DNA from: Phaeosaccion multiseriatum
Taxonomy: Eukaryota > Protista > Ochrophyta, other classes
Assembly: GCA_965112735.1 (NCBI GenBank)
Contig: OZ218958.1
Coordinates: forward strand, 1,426,001 to 1,490,000
DNA: 64,000 nt
Reading direction: 5' to 3'
Shown: one piece after another, positions 47,348 through 59,647 of the stretch
How the letters are laid out: every line of letters starts with the position of its first letter
Numbering within the stretch: the stretch's first letter is position 1
The notes under the pieces: model-generated
What the model saw: only the letters and a program-made list of their open reading frames with translations
The model's database searches: none
Told to the model about the DNA's origin: nothing
Made by a program: the position numbers and the translations under genes

Positions 47348-50300
47348 ATGCTGATCGGCGGCGGCAGAAGTAGCAGCAGCAACAGCCGGCGATTGCTCTT
47401 ACGGAGGATCAATAGCGGTAGAGGCAGCAGGGAAGGCAGCAAGACCCCAACCGCCCACGCCTCCCATCGGACTCATGCCATCACTCCTTCGACAGTCCGT
47501 CTCTGCTGGCCCGGTTCGAGACGGCACTGGCGCAGCTTTGAGGGACACACCTCGAGTGGCTCGAGCCATTTCCCCTTTGCCGCGGTGGCTGTAGGGGCTG
47601 CCGGCCTGTGCGCGGCTGCTGGCGATGACGGCCACTCCCCTGGTGGGTCGTGTGCGAGGTGTAGCAGCGCAGAGGCAGCAAAGGCGTCGGAGAGGCAGGC
47701 GATCCTGCAGCAGCAGCAAGGGCCCACACCGGTGCTGGCTCGCGCGAAGGCAGGTCCGTCGTATGGTCATCCGTCCCGTGGGTAGACGCGTGTGCACTTG
47801 GGTCAATCCCACGTCACTTCTTCACGCGCTCACTCACCCACTCTTCGTTTATATCGAGTCTCGTCCACGCTCGCGCCCTTTATACAATATCCCGCGGGGT
47901 GAGCTCTGACCTTCCTTCTGCTGAGCCTTCCCCCATCGCACTCTCCCATGTCCTTCTCCCTTCCCTTCCCACTGACAATGGCAATGAACCCCATGAGCAG
48001 GGACGGAGGCAGTGACGCGTCTCGCAAGAACAGTGAAGGTTGTCTTTCAAATTGTTACTGACTACAAGCTGCACAAGCGGAAAGAGGAACTGGTACGTGT
48101 GTGTGCGTGTGTGTTTGTGTGAGTGTGTAAACAGACGTATTGGAGTATACGTTTAGTCACCTTTATTGTAAAGACTCCTCTGCTTTGCATGTGAGAAAGC
48201 TCTCGCCCTCACTACCTCACAGAGCCAATTGCCTGCTGCTCCCACATCTCACCCAACACCACTTTCCCATTGCGAAACTACTGTCTCCCTGCCTGCCTGC
48301 CTACCTGCCCCGTCTTCCATACAGGGCTGGGGGAAAGCGGGGCTAACACCGTCGGAAATCAAGTACGAAGAGTGCGCAAACGCACTGCACACCGCACAAG
48401 AGCGGCAGGGAGAGGCGCAAGGGAGGCTCGACAAGCTCGAAATAGCCCTGATGGACGCCCAGAGTCGGCTGAAGCTGCTCCGGCTGCTCGCAAAGAGGGG
48501 GAGGAGGGCTGGCGGAGAGACGAATAGGCTGGGCGGGCAGGTAGTAGTGGAGGAGGAGGAGGAGGAAGTGCTCCTGCGCATGAAGCGCATTCAAGGGGAA
48601 ATTGTAGAAATCAAGGTGCGTGTGTGGGGGTGCGTGCGTGGGTGTGCGTGCGTGGGTGCACGCGGCAGCTGCTGCCAGAGGCGATGTTCGCTTACCGCCT
48701 CGATGATGCTGAGGGGCAGGCAGGCAGGCAGAGGCAGGCAGGGGTATATGGGAAGGTGGGGAAGGGGCCTCACTTGGCAGGCCACAAGCACCAGCACAAG
48801 CTACCTAGTTCGACGCCCCTCGACCCGACCACAGCTTTATTCAACCGCCGCCGCCAATAGACCCCCGCCACCCTCCCCTCCTTGCTTTCGTTGCCTCTCT
48901 CTACCTGCCTGTCTCCCGGCCTACCTGCACTCGCCCCTGTGTCAATGAATGCAACAGAAAGAGGTCGCTGAATTCCTCCGTGATGTTCGAGCAGCGTCCG
49001 CCGGCATGGCTCGAGCGGATGAGTTGGGGCTAACATCATCTCTGAGCAAGGTGTGTGCGTGCTTGTGCCTGTGCTTGTGCTTTTGCGTGTGCGTGTATGT
49101 GTCTGTGTTTGTGTGTGTGTATGTGAGTGTGTGTACATGTTTGTGTGTATATGTGGGCGTGTATGCCACGTGCGTGCCTCACCAGGCTTAATGGGTTCAC
49201 TGTTCTCCTCCCCTCTATGGGGGTGCTCTTCTGCTCTCCCTGTCGGCCCTGCTCACACTTTTCAAAGGTCCATAAGAAGAGCGCAGAGAGACTAAGAGAT
49301 CTGTGCGCTGCGAATGGGGGCATCTACATCAAGCTCGGTAAGGGAGCGACGGCAAGAGACACACAGAGCAGAGAGAAAGACACACCAAGAGAGAGCGAGA
49401 GGGAGCGAGAGAGGCAGAGGCAGAGAGAGAGAGCGAATTGAGACGGGGGAGAGATGGGTATCTGATAATGCAAGCCGAGGGAGAGAGGGGAGGGAGGAGT
49501 GTGTTACAGAGAGGCCTCTCTCTCTCCCTCCCTCTCTCTCTCTCTCTCTCTCTCTGTGTCCCTCTCCCTCTCCCTCTCTGTCTCTCTCTCTCGTTGATCG
49601 TTGAACTTCTTTTTCCCTTCCTTGACCTGTGCTTTTGCGGCTGTGCTGTGCTGTCATGCACCTCTACGCCCCCCCCGCTGGACTTGCCCCTCCCCATATG
49701 CTCTGGCCCGGCCCACGTCACCCCCCCGCTTAACCTTCCTCCCCTCTCAGGCCAACACGTGGCACAACTTGATTATGTGCTGCCTCCCGAGTACGTGTCG
49801 ACTCTCACATGCATGCAGGACCAGGTGAGTGGTTTTGTTTTTCTTCCTTCTTTTCTCTTTTTTCTTCTTCTATACCCTCTCTGGTCTGGACAGTTCGTCC
49901 GTTCACCTCCTCTGCTGCTGACGCTGTTCATTCGATTTGACCCTCAACAAATCAATCAACCAACCATCCAACCAATTCAATTCACTTCAGGCACCGACGA
50001 CGCCTTTTGAAGACGTACGTGAGGTGGTGAAGGAGGATCTGGGCCGCTACCCCGAGGAGATTTGGGCCTCCTTCAGCCATGAGCCCATCGCCTCCGCGTC
50101 GCTCGCTCAGGTGCATGTGGCCACCACCGCAGAGGGAAAGAAGGTCGCTGTCAAGGTGCGTGGACACGTGGGTGCTTGCAAGGCGACCTGGCTGGACTGG
50201 AGAAGCTGGGCATTGATTTGAGTGATGTATTTAGTTGTCTTTGAGGAAGGAGCTTCCGCTTGAGCTCGAGACTGGTACGCTTTACTCTATGCTTTGCCTT

Positions 50301-51388
50301 CTCAACACCAACCCTATGCCATGCCGTTGCCGCCCCTCTTGTGCCTCCTTCATATGTTCATCGATCGTATGGTTGCCTTACACCTTATCCTACCTTATAT
50401 ATCTTTCCTTTCCTTCCATTTCTTTGATGGTCTTACCTCATCTTTCCTTCTCTTTCCTTATGTTACCTTGCCTTTCAAAGGTCCAACACCGAGGTTTGAA
50501 AGAGACGAGCCAAGGAGACATTGACGCAGTGACCTTTCTGGCCCATGTGGTGTCCAACATGTTCCCTGATTTCACCTTCACCTGGCTGGCCGATGAGATG
50601 AAACTCAACCTGCCTTTGGAGCTTGACTTCCTCAATGAGGGAAGGAACAGGTGCTTGGCGAGGAAGGGGTTAGGGGGGGGGTAGGATGAGAGCGAGAGAG
50701 GGAGAGGGAGAGGGAAAGAGAGATGGCGAGAGAGAGGGAGGGAGACACGCACGCATAAAGTCTGCCTGCTTGTATGAACAAGGCCCTGACGGCCCTGCCT
50801 GACTCGTCCTCGCCCTCAACCTTACATCTTTGCTATCGGTCTCTCTCCCACCTCTCTCTCCCACCTCTCTCTCCCATCCCTCCCTCCCTACCCCCCTCCC
50901 TCCCTACTTCGTTCCTTCCCTCCCCTCCACTCCCTCAGTGAGCGCTGCGGTGAAATGTTCAAAGACCACGAGTACATCAGCGTGCCCTCCATCCATTGGG
51001 AGCAGTCCGCGCACCGAGTGCTCGCAATGGACTTTGAGGAGGGAGACAGGGTCACTGACTTAGATAGGCTGGAGGAACAAGGCATTCGTCTGCCGAGATT
51101 GGCTGCCCTCATCAGCTCTGTATTTTGCGAGCAGGTAGGGCAATGAAGGGGAGGGGAGGGGAGGGAGGGTGCGTGGGTGCGTTGGACTGGTGGGCGTCTT
51201 ACGTCTCTGTCTCCCTCACGTCCTCCCTCCCTCCCACCCTCCACGTTTGCAATGTCACACACGAACAACGGAAATGAACGGAATGTTTGGATGAAAAGAT
51301 CTTCCGCCACGGCTACTTGCATTGGTAAGTGCACGGAAAGGACGCTTTCCCAGGAAGGGCAGGGGGAAGAGGGACGGAAGATAGCTCT

Positions 51389-51429
<41 letters not shown>

Positions 51430-54142
51430 ATATCGCGACCTCTTCGCCGCTTACCGTCGATCACTCTGTGCCTGACTCCCGTACCACATCCTGCCTCTCC
51501 TCCTCCCTCCCCCTCCCTCTCCCTCCCTCCCGCTCTCTCTCCCCTCCCTCCCCCTCCCTCCCTCTCTCCCTCCCACCCTCCCTCCCACTCACCCACCCTC
51601 CCTCCAACTCACCCACCCTCCTTCCCACCCACCCTCCCTCCCTCCCTCCACCCTCCCACCCTCCCTCCACCCTCCCACCCTCCCTCCACCCTCCCTCCCT
51701 CCCTCACTCACTCACTCACTCCCTCTCCCTTCCTCCCTCCCTCCCTCCCTCCCTCCCTCCCCCTCTCCTCCTCCCTTCCCCTCCGCCCCCCCCCCTGCCT
51801 TCCTCCCTCCCCTTTCCACCCCTATATCTCCAGCGACCCTCACTCGTCCAACGTGCTGGTCCGGCCTCACGAGAAGCCCCAGGGGAGACTGGGGCTCGGA
51901 ATCATTCAGCGCCTACTTGGACGGAAAGGCGCAGCAGGGGCGGTGCAGCCTCACCTAGTGTAAGTTGGGATACAGGTTGGGTGTAAGACGAGGTACCAGT
52001 TGGCTCTGCCTCTCTTGTCTCTCTCTCTCTGTCTCTCTCTCTCTGTGCCTTTCTCTGTTCTCTTGTTGCGCCTTGGAAACAAAACAAACAAACCAACCAA
52101 CCAACCAACCAATGTACCAACAGGATTTTGGACCACGGGCTGTACCGGGAGCTGAACGACGACTTTCGCACGAACTACTGCAAGCTTTGGAAGAGCCTCA
52201 TCTTCTCGGACATCCCTGGCATTCGCAAGTACTGCATGGTAATGGGCGCAGGCGATTTGTACCCTCTGCTGGCGTCTATGCTCACCAAGTAAGCAAGGCT
52301 AAGTAATTGTAAAGCAAAGGGAAAACAAAGCAAGCAAGGATGAGGGGTTGGGAGAAGGGGTTGAGGGAAAGGGAAGGAGAAAGGAGGGAGAGGGGAGAGG
52401 GAGGAGGAAGGATTGACCCATCCATCCAAGTGAGGCACACAGGATGGGAGGGAGGATGACGGGATGGAGGGCTGTGAGGGGTTTTCCTTGTTGACTCTAC
52501 GCCATGCCTCCTCCTACCCCCCTCTTCTCCCTCTCCCTCTCTCTCTCTCTCTCTCACCGACTCCCTCTCTCAACAGCTCTCTCTCTCTCTCCCCCTCTAT
52601 ATGTGTGTCTCTCTGGTGCCATTTTCGGTCTGCGTCAGTCGACCTTGGGACGACATTGTCGACGAAGAGAGGAACCCCCTGTCACACGGCCCCGTGGAGA
52701 CGGAAAAGAACATGACCCAAGGTGCGCGGTCCAAGTGCGGCGAGGCGGGTAGCCCTTCTGCCCCTACTGCTCCTTCTCTGCTGCCACTCTGCTGTGTGCT
52801 GCTGCTGCCCTGCTGCTGTTGTTGCTACTACCGCGCTCTGCTGATGCTGCTGCTGCCCCACTTCCTCCCCTCCACCCCAATCCTCTCCTCCTCCTCCTCC
52901 TCCTCCTCCTCCTCCTCCTCCTCCTCCTCCTCCTCCTCCTCCTCCTCCTCCTCCTCCTCCTCCTCCTCCTCCTCCTCCTCCTCCTCCGCCTCCTCCTCCT
53001 CCTCCCCTCCACCCCAATCCTCTCCTCCTCCTCCTCCTCCTCCTCCTCCTCCTCCTCCTCCTCCTCCTCCTCCTCCTCCTTCGCCTTCGCCTCTCGTGGT
53101 CGTGATGGTGCTCCAGGCTACGTCCAAATGTACGCCTTCGAGATAAGCAAAATTCTTTCCCAAGTGCCGCGGGAGATGCTTATGTTATTCAAGGTGTGTG
53201 TGTGTATTGAGGAAGGGGGGGTGCGTGTGAGTGAGTGAGTGAGTGAGTGTGTGCGTGTGTCTTCGAGATTAGCAAAATTCTTTCCCAAGTGCCGCAGGAG
53301 ATGCTCATGTTATTCAAGGTGTGTGTTTGTGTGGTGTGTGTATTTGTGTGTAGGTGTGTGTGTGCGTGTGAGTGAGTGAGTGTGTGCGTGTGAGTGAGTG
53401 TGTGCGTGTGAGTGAGTGTGTGGGTGTGTCTTGCGCGTGCGTTCCAATGCTCGTTCCCATGCTCTGCTACACTTATCTCACCTCTTCTCCCCTCCCTCTC
53501 TCTCTCCCTCTCCATATCCCTCCAACCTTGAAAGACGAACGACATCCTCCGCCATATTGACAGAGCACTAGGCGCCCCCATCAACACCTTCGTCATCGCA
53601 GGTAACCCTAAAACCTCCCTAAATCTGGCCCTGGGGCCCTGACCCCAACACTGGCCATGTGTTGTAGTCCGTGCCTGACCCTGACCTTTGTAGCCCGCAT
53701 GTACTAACTACGCGGCCCTGACCCTAGCTAGTGCCTGCCCCTCAACCCCATCACTGACCCAGGGCGAATCGTTCTCGACGTGCTCTGGAAAAACGGAATG
53801 CTTCACGACGATGACGAGGACGAGGACGAGGAGGAGGAGGAGGAGGAGGAAGAGGGAGGGCTTGAGGAGGAGGGAGAGGAAAGGAGCCAACAGAGCAAGA
53901 AGAGCAAGAAAAAGAAGCGGAGAGGGGGGCTCTGGGCGCGATTAAAGCGGATGGTGAGGGCCCTACGCGACCGCGTGACCATCCTGGTGTACATTTGGGG
54001 CATGGAGCTGAGGGAGAAGAGCCTCGAGTGGCAGTCGGAGCCCGCCGCCTCGCTGTGGACGGGGGCGGCGGTGGTGGAGAAGCTGGCCGTGGAGGTGGGC
54101 GTTCCCGAGTCCTCAGCACCAAAGAACTTGGGCCGGTATTGA
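47348..54142 (+). CDS. ADCK1: ABC1/aarF atypical kinase, ADCK1-like, with presequence and coiled-coil insert; about 16 exons (5' exon boundaries uncertain)
   Basis: NGGIYIKLG|QH, PIASASLAQVH, VAVK|VQH, LPLELDFLNEGRN, IFRHGYLHCDPHSSNVLVR, ILDHGLYREL, VPREMLMLFK|TNDILRHID. Confidence 0.9.
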
Positions 54143-55091
54143 GCAGGGCGGGGGACTGACTGGCCTGCGAGTCTGGCTGCTGGGATGCAGCAAAGGAGCA
54201 AAGCAGCATGGGTACTCAGACAAGCTGGAAGCTGATATCGTGTCGCGATATTTCCCTCTTGGGATTCAGTGTCGAACTTGTACGGGTGTGGGAAAGCGTG
54301 GTCTAGCTAATAGAGATGTCTACGTCTCACCAAAGGACTGAACGGACAAGTACCAGCGAGGTAGAGATCGATATCCAGTGTCGACATCGATATGGAAGGA
54401 AGTGGAGATCGACTTTCGCACACATCGACGTCGACTCGGGCGCACTCTCGTGGGTACGGACCGGGAAGCTGCCCGGTTGAAGCTGTATCGAGAAGCTGGA
54501 AGCTGCGACGCTCGTCGTCTCCTCGGGGGCCGAAACCCTCAGACCCTCCCTAGCTCCCTCAAACTTTTGTGAAACTTTCCACCCCTCTTCCCTTCCTCGA
54601 TCCTCCCTTTCAGCAGCTTCATTTTTTCTAAATTAAAGCAAAGGCGTGTGGAAGGCGTCTCATGAATGACATGGAAGCGAGTCTTCCAATATTTCCCGGG
54701 TCCCTTGGTGCTGCTGCACCTACGCAAGTGAACACGCCCGCAGAAATTGGCAGTTCGTTTTCCGACGACGGCTTACCTGTAATTATTACATTATTACATT
54801 TTTACCGGGAAACATCCATCAGGGTGAGAGGCAGAGAATCAATTTTTGAAGAGAACTGGGTGGTGAGCCCACTCAGAGGCTTGTCGGTGTACGTAGAGAA
54901 CGCACACCCGTCTCGGTTCTCTTGCGAACCCTCCCACCCTGTAGTCGGCATTAGCTACGCGCACTCCGCAAGCAGCAGTTGCGATTAACGCTCTCTCACG
55001 CCGATATTCGTCTCCGAATCACAACGGTTTAACGCCAGCCTGTGTCTCGCTCCGCGCGAGAGCACCCACACAGACACATACACATAAAAAC

Positions 55092-55645
55092 ATGCAGCGG
55101 GCCATCTTGTCACTGCTCTGCGGCTCCGGCATCGTGTTGGAGTCGACGACTGCCATCGCAGGTACTATTTGTAGGATGAAGAGAAGGATGCTTTGTGGAT
55201 GCGGCCGTAGAGGAGAAACGAGCGCTGAGCAAATGAGAGGAGAGGGGGGGGGGCGAGGACGAGGGCAATGCCTGACGCAATCAAACGCCCGGCCAGACCT
55301 CGCGCGCGAAGGGCCCAGTAGAACCTCTTGCTGCTGCCTCTCACACGGTACCCCCCTCCCTCCTCCTCTTTGTTCTCTGACTGACACTGCTTCCAGTGGC
55401 CAACACCAGATCGACGTCGGGCCTAGACGTTCCCTCAGGAGGGAGCCCTCACACCAGCGTCGTCATTGAGAACCTTGGAGGATCGGGGTACTACAATGAG
55501 GTCACCAATCTCGAGGATACGAGCTCCACAGGAGGTGACTAGGGACTTGCTCCTTTGCTGAGGTCCAAACACTTCTTGTTTTGCTATGCTTTGTAGTGTT
55601 AGTGCGGTAGTCAATGACTCCTTGACGCGCCGCCCCCCTGCCGTC

Positions 55646-55683
<38 letters not shown>

Positions 55684-58630
55684 TTGTCTCTAAGCAACCC
55701 CCCCGCTCTCTCGCTCACGCTCTCCCACCTCTGCCTCTCTCGCCCTCTCGCCGGCCTCCATTGCACCTCTCATCTAACGCCGTTGCTTACTCTAGCCGGC
55801 TGGAACGTGTGCAGCGCAACGTCAGGCGTCAGAGGATGCACCAGGGAGCAGCTCTGTGTAGAGGACAGCATGGCGCCGTTCAACGAAGCGGTGAGAGAGG
55901 GAGGGAGGGGGAGAAGGTGGGAAAGGGACGTGACGGGAGACAACGCCGCGGGGCTCAGTGTAGGCACCACGCAACCCTTGCTCTACGTAGAAGCGCTCAT
56001 ACGTGGGACGAAGGCAAGCGGTGGCGGGATGGATTCCTGGTGCTGTGGCACCCATACACACTCTAACGCCCCTGCCTCCTCTTTCCACTCCAACAGCTGG
56101 GTATTGCGTTCCGAGGACCCTTGAACATTTACAATGTGGCCTGGTACGAGGGCACAGCCGAGTCGGACTGGGGCCAGACTGCGCGCTGGGGAGGCGGCAA
56201 CAACCGCAACGTCGCTTGGATGAAGAACGACGGTGACCCTAACTGTGATGCCGATTGGGGCCCTTGTCACGGGAGCTCGCAGGTGAGAGAGAGAGAGCGA
56301 ACAGCGGGGCAGGATATGAATGGGAGAGCGAAGTGGTGGTGGGGGGGGGAGGTTACGTAGTGATGGCGGTGGCGTGGCGTCCTTTCTTACCACAACTTCC
56401 CTCTCCTACCCCTCAGACATACGCAACTTCGCCAACGGAGTGCTCGAGCAGTCCCTCCAACGCGTTCGACGGCAGAGTGGAGCACACGCAGGAGATCAAC
56501 CTCATGTCCTCCTCCCAATGCAGCGCCAATGGAGGCGACAACTGCGGTGCGATCCGAGGCATCGGCAACCGCGGCTTTGGCGGAGGCGCCGATGGGTCCA
56601 AGGCCTTTGTGGTGGAGGTGGACATGCCTCGGTGTGGAACCAGGGGGATGAATTCGTGCTCCCACGGACAAGACATACCCGCGATTTGGGCTCTCAACGC
56701 CAAGGTGAGCGAAAAAGAGGAGTGAGAGAGGAGGAGAGGCTCGGAGAGGGAGCAGCAGGAGGCTGTAAGGAGTATAGGAGGCACCACAGTTTTAGTTTCA
56801 GTGTATTAGACCCCCAACCAATGGCCCGTGTTTAGTTGATTGATTATTGTCATCTGCCCTGCCCGTGAGGGAGCCTTGGCTGGATGCGCCGCATAGCAGT
56901 ATTGGTCGAAGAGAATGTGAATTACGGGACACTCATCCCCTTTTCCCCTCCCCTCGCTCCACTCCCCTCCCCACAGATCTTCCACTCCGCACAGTACGGC
57001 TGCAACTGCCACGAGGGATGCGGAGAGTTTGACATCGTAGAGACGCTCGGGTTCGCACAGCCCAGAGACGCCCTCATCACCACTGCCTACGACATCAAGG
57101 GAACCGGCAGCCCGGGCTACTCGCGCTACTTTGCCCGCCCCACCACCTACCGCGCGACGTACATGACCATCTTCAAAGGGGGCCCGAACGGTTACATTCA
57201 GGTGGCCGAGCTCGACAACTTCAACTTTGGCTCCTCCACCCTGACCAACAGTCAGAGGCAGAGCCTTCGCCAGCAGAACGAAGTCGAGGCGTCCATCCGA
57301 AATGTGTACCACATGTAAGTCACCATCAACTCCACATATAGTTGGTTGATGGGCTCTCTTTGTCCATTCATGCCACCACCCGCTGGTTGTTGCTGCGCCT
57401 CCCTCGTCTCTGGCTTGCTCCATCCCTCACCCGCGTACACATCCACCACTCCCCCCCCTTTCTGCCGCACTTGTTGGTTGTTCGATGTCCGCCCCTCACA
57501 GGCCATGCTCCAATCCAGTAAACCTCAGCCCTGGCGGAGCTCCAACTCCAACCACCCCACGCGCAGCTCCCACAAGCCCGCCGGTTGCCCCTCCCACGAG
57601 CCCACCGGTTGCCCCTCCCACGAGACCGCCGGTCGCTCCCACGCCCAATCGGGCCCCTTCCCCTCCCACCCCCACTCCTCCGGCCCCCACTCCTGCCGCG
57701 ACGGCCCGTCCCACACCCCGCCCTACCTCTCCCGTCGTAACCGACGACGCCCAACGGGGTATTGCCACACCTGATGTCTGCGCAGGAAGAGGAGTTTGCG
57801 GTGAGTACTCGTAAATGTCTGGTTCGATGATAAGGAGGACAGTAGGGCTGGCCGTGGTGGTTCGCTCCTGGTGTCGCCTCCTGAAGCACCCACCGCTTTT
57901 TAATGGCGGAGTCTCGCACTCACCCCGCCCCACCCCGTCCCGTTTGCTCGCTTCGCTCACGCACATGCATGCACGCCCGCACACGCGATCCCTTTCCTTT
58001 CCCCCACAGGTGTGGGCACTGCAACTTGCGAGATCGAGCCATCGTGCAGCTCAGCGGGCGGCTTCGGTTGCTTAGATGATGGATCACTTTGTCGCTACTG
58101 CGGCTTCGGCAGGTACCCGCGCTGCGGTGGCGCCGACGAGCTCAGGACCTGCAACGGCGTGGCCGCGTGTGGTATCGGCGGACAGACTTGTGAGGTGGAC
58201 GACACTTGCGCGGCGGGCGGGCTTGGGTGCATTCGCGGACCCTCCAACTGCCGCTTCTGTGGATTTGGAAACTTCTTGGCTTGCTCCAGCGGGGGTGGGT
58301 CCACGGGGGGTGTCGGTTCAGCGCCGAGGGGTGTAGCCCCGATCGGCGAGGACGCCTGTTCTGAGAGGTGCTCCAGGGCTGAGCCCTGCTACACAGAGGC
58401 GAGGTGTGCGACTGGGCAGTACAGCAACGGGTGCAACGCGCATGGCCACTCGGAGTGTAGGTAAGAGAACAGTTTTTGATGCGAGCGCGCTGCTTCCCCC
58501 GATACCTCATGAAATCTCCTCATGGCCTGTACTGACCAGCGTTCCCCAATCTCGCGCCTCGTCTTGTCATCTCCCCTCTCCCCGCAGGTTCTGCGGCTTT
58601 GGGCGGTTCTCAGATATCAGCTGCCCTTGA
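55092..58630 (+). CDS. Secreted TOS1/YJL171C-like (GH16-type) glycoside hydrolase + Pro/Thr linker + 3 Cys-rich CR[FY]CGFG repeats, copy 1
   Basis: Signal-like exon 1; MAPFNE, FRGPLNIYNVAWY, GFGGG..KAFVVEVDMP, DIPAIWALNAK|IFHSAQYGCNCHEGCGEFDIVETL (ExDxxE), YFARPT. Confidence 0.82.
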
Positions 58631-59647
58631 GGGCGCGTATGGGGTGGATCGTAAACGGATCACTGTACATAGCATAGAATTATTGTGTGGTAGTACTTCT
58701 TACTAAAAAAAAAAAAAAAACTTTGGTCAAAGCAATAAACAATAAATGGAAATGTCGTTTTAGAGCAGAGCGAGTTTGCGAGTATGGAGGAACGTGTTTG
58801 GGAAGGGGGAGGCAAGGGATGTGGGGTAGGAACGCTCACAGAAGGACGAAAGTCAAGAGATCACAGACGGAGGGTCGAGGCTTGAGGATAGTGTACCCCA
58901 GGGGGGCAGGAGGAAAAAAGGGTGGGGTAATGTTGTTAGATAAAGAGGGGCACCGCGAGAGCAGCGGTGCCACAGAGTAGAAGAGATCCGACGAGGAGAG
59001 TCAGCAGGGCAGGAGAGCCCAGCAGTCAGAACCAAAGGAGCAGGCGCGACACTTTTTTTTCATTGTGTGGTACAGTAGCTTGCTTTTTTAATTAAAATTA
59101 AGAAAGAAATTAACGCCACGCCTTTGGTCAATCAATAAATGGAAGGATTTTGTGGAAGCATTTCCTCTTCAAAACTGCTGCTGGTGTGTTCCTACCCGTC
59201 CTGTATGGCCACTCATCTTGTCCTCTCAAGAGGAAACTGCAGGAAAGTGGTGATGAGGAGATTCTCGCTGGGCTTGGATTGGGCTTCAGGAGATGCTCGT
59301 AGCCGAGCAGCCTGAGCTCGGAAGTTTCCACCGTTTTCTGAAACGTTTCTTAAATCTCTCAAGCGACAGTCGTGTTGGGACGATGGAGCTTTTGGAAGGC
59401 CCGTGCCTTTCAATGGGTGGTCGCCTCCCTCGCTTCGTCACTTGCTTACCTCTTCTCTCTTCTATCCACCAATACTCTACATCAGTCGCGCGACTGGAAG
59501 CAGCAGCCTGCTGACAACGAGAGGAGCTTCCTTTTTTGTCGCCGAGGCTTGCTTTCCCGCCCATCTCTCTTGTTCCCCAACCGCGAGAGTACACACGCTG
59601 TAAGCTTGATTTGTCTTATGCCGTTACGAAGCCAGACCCAGAGAGGC

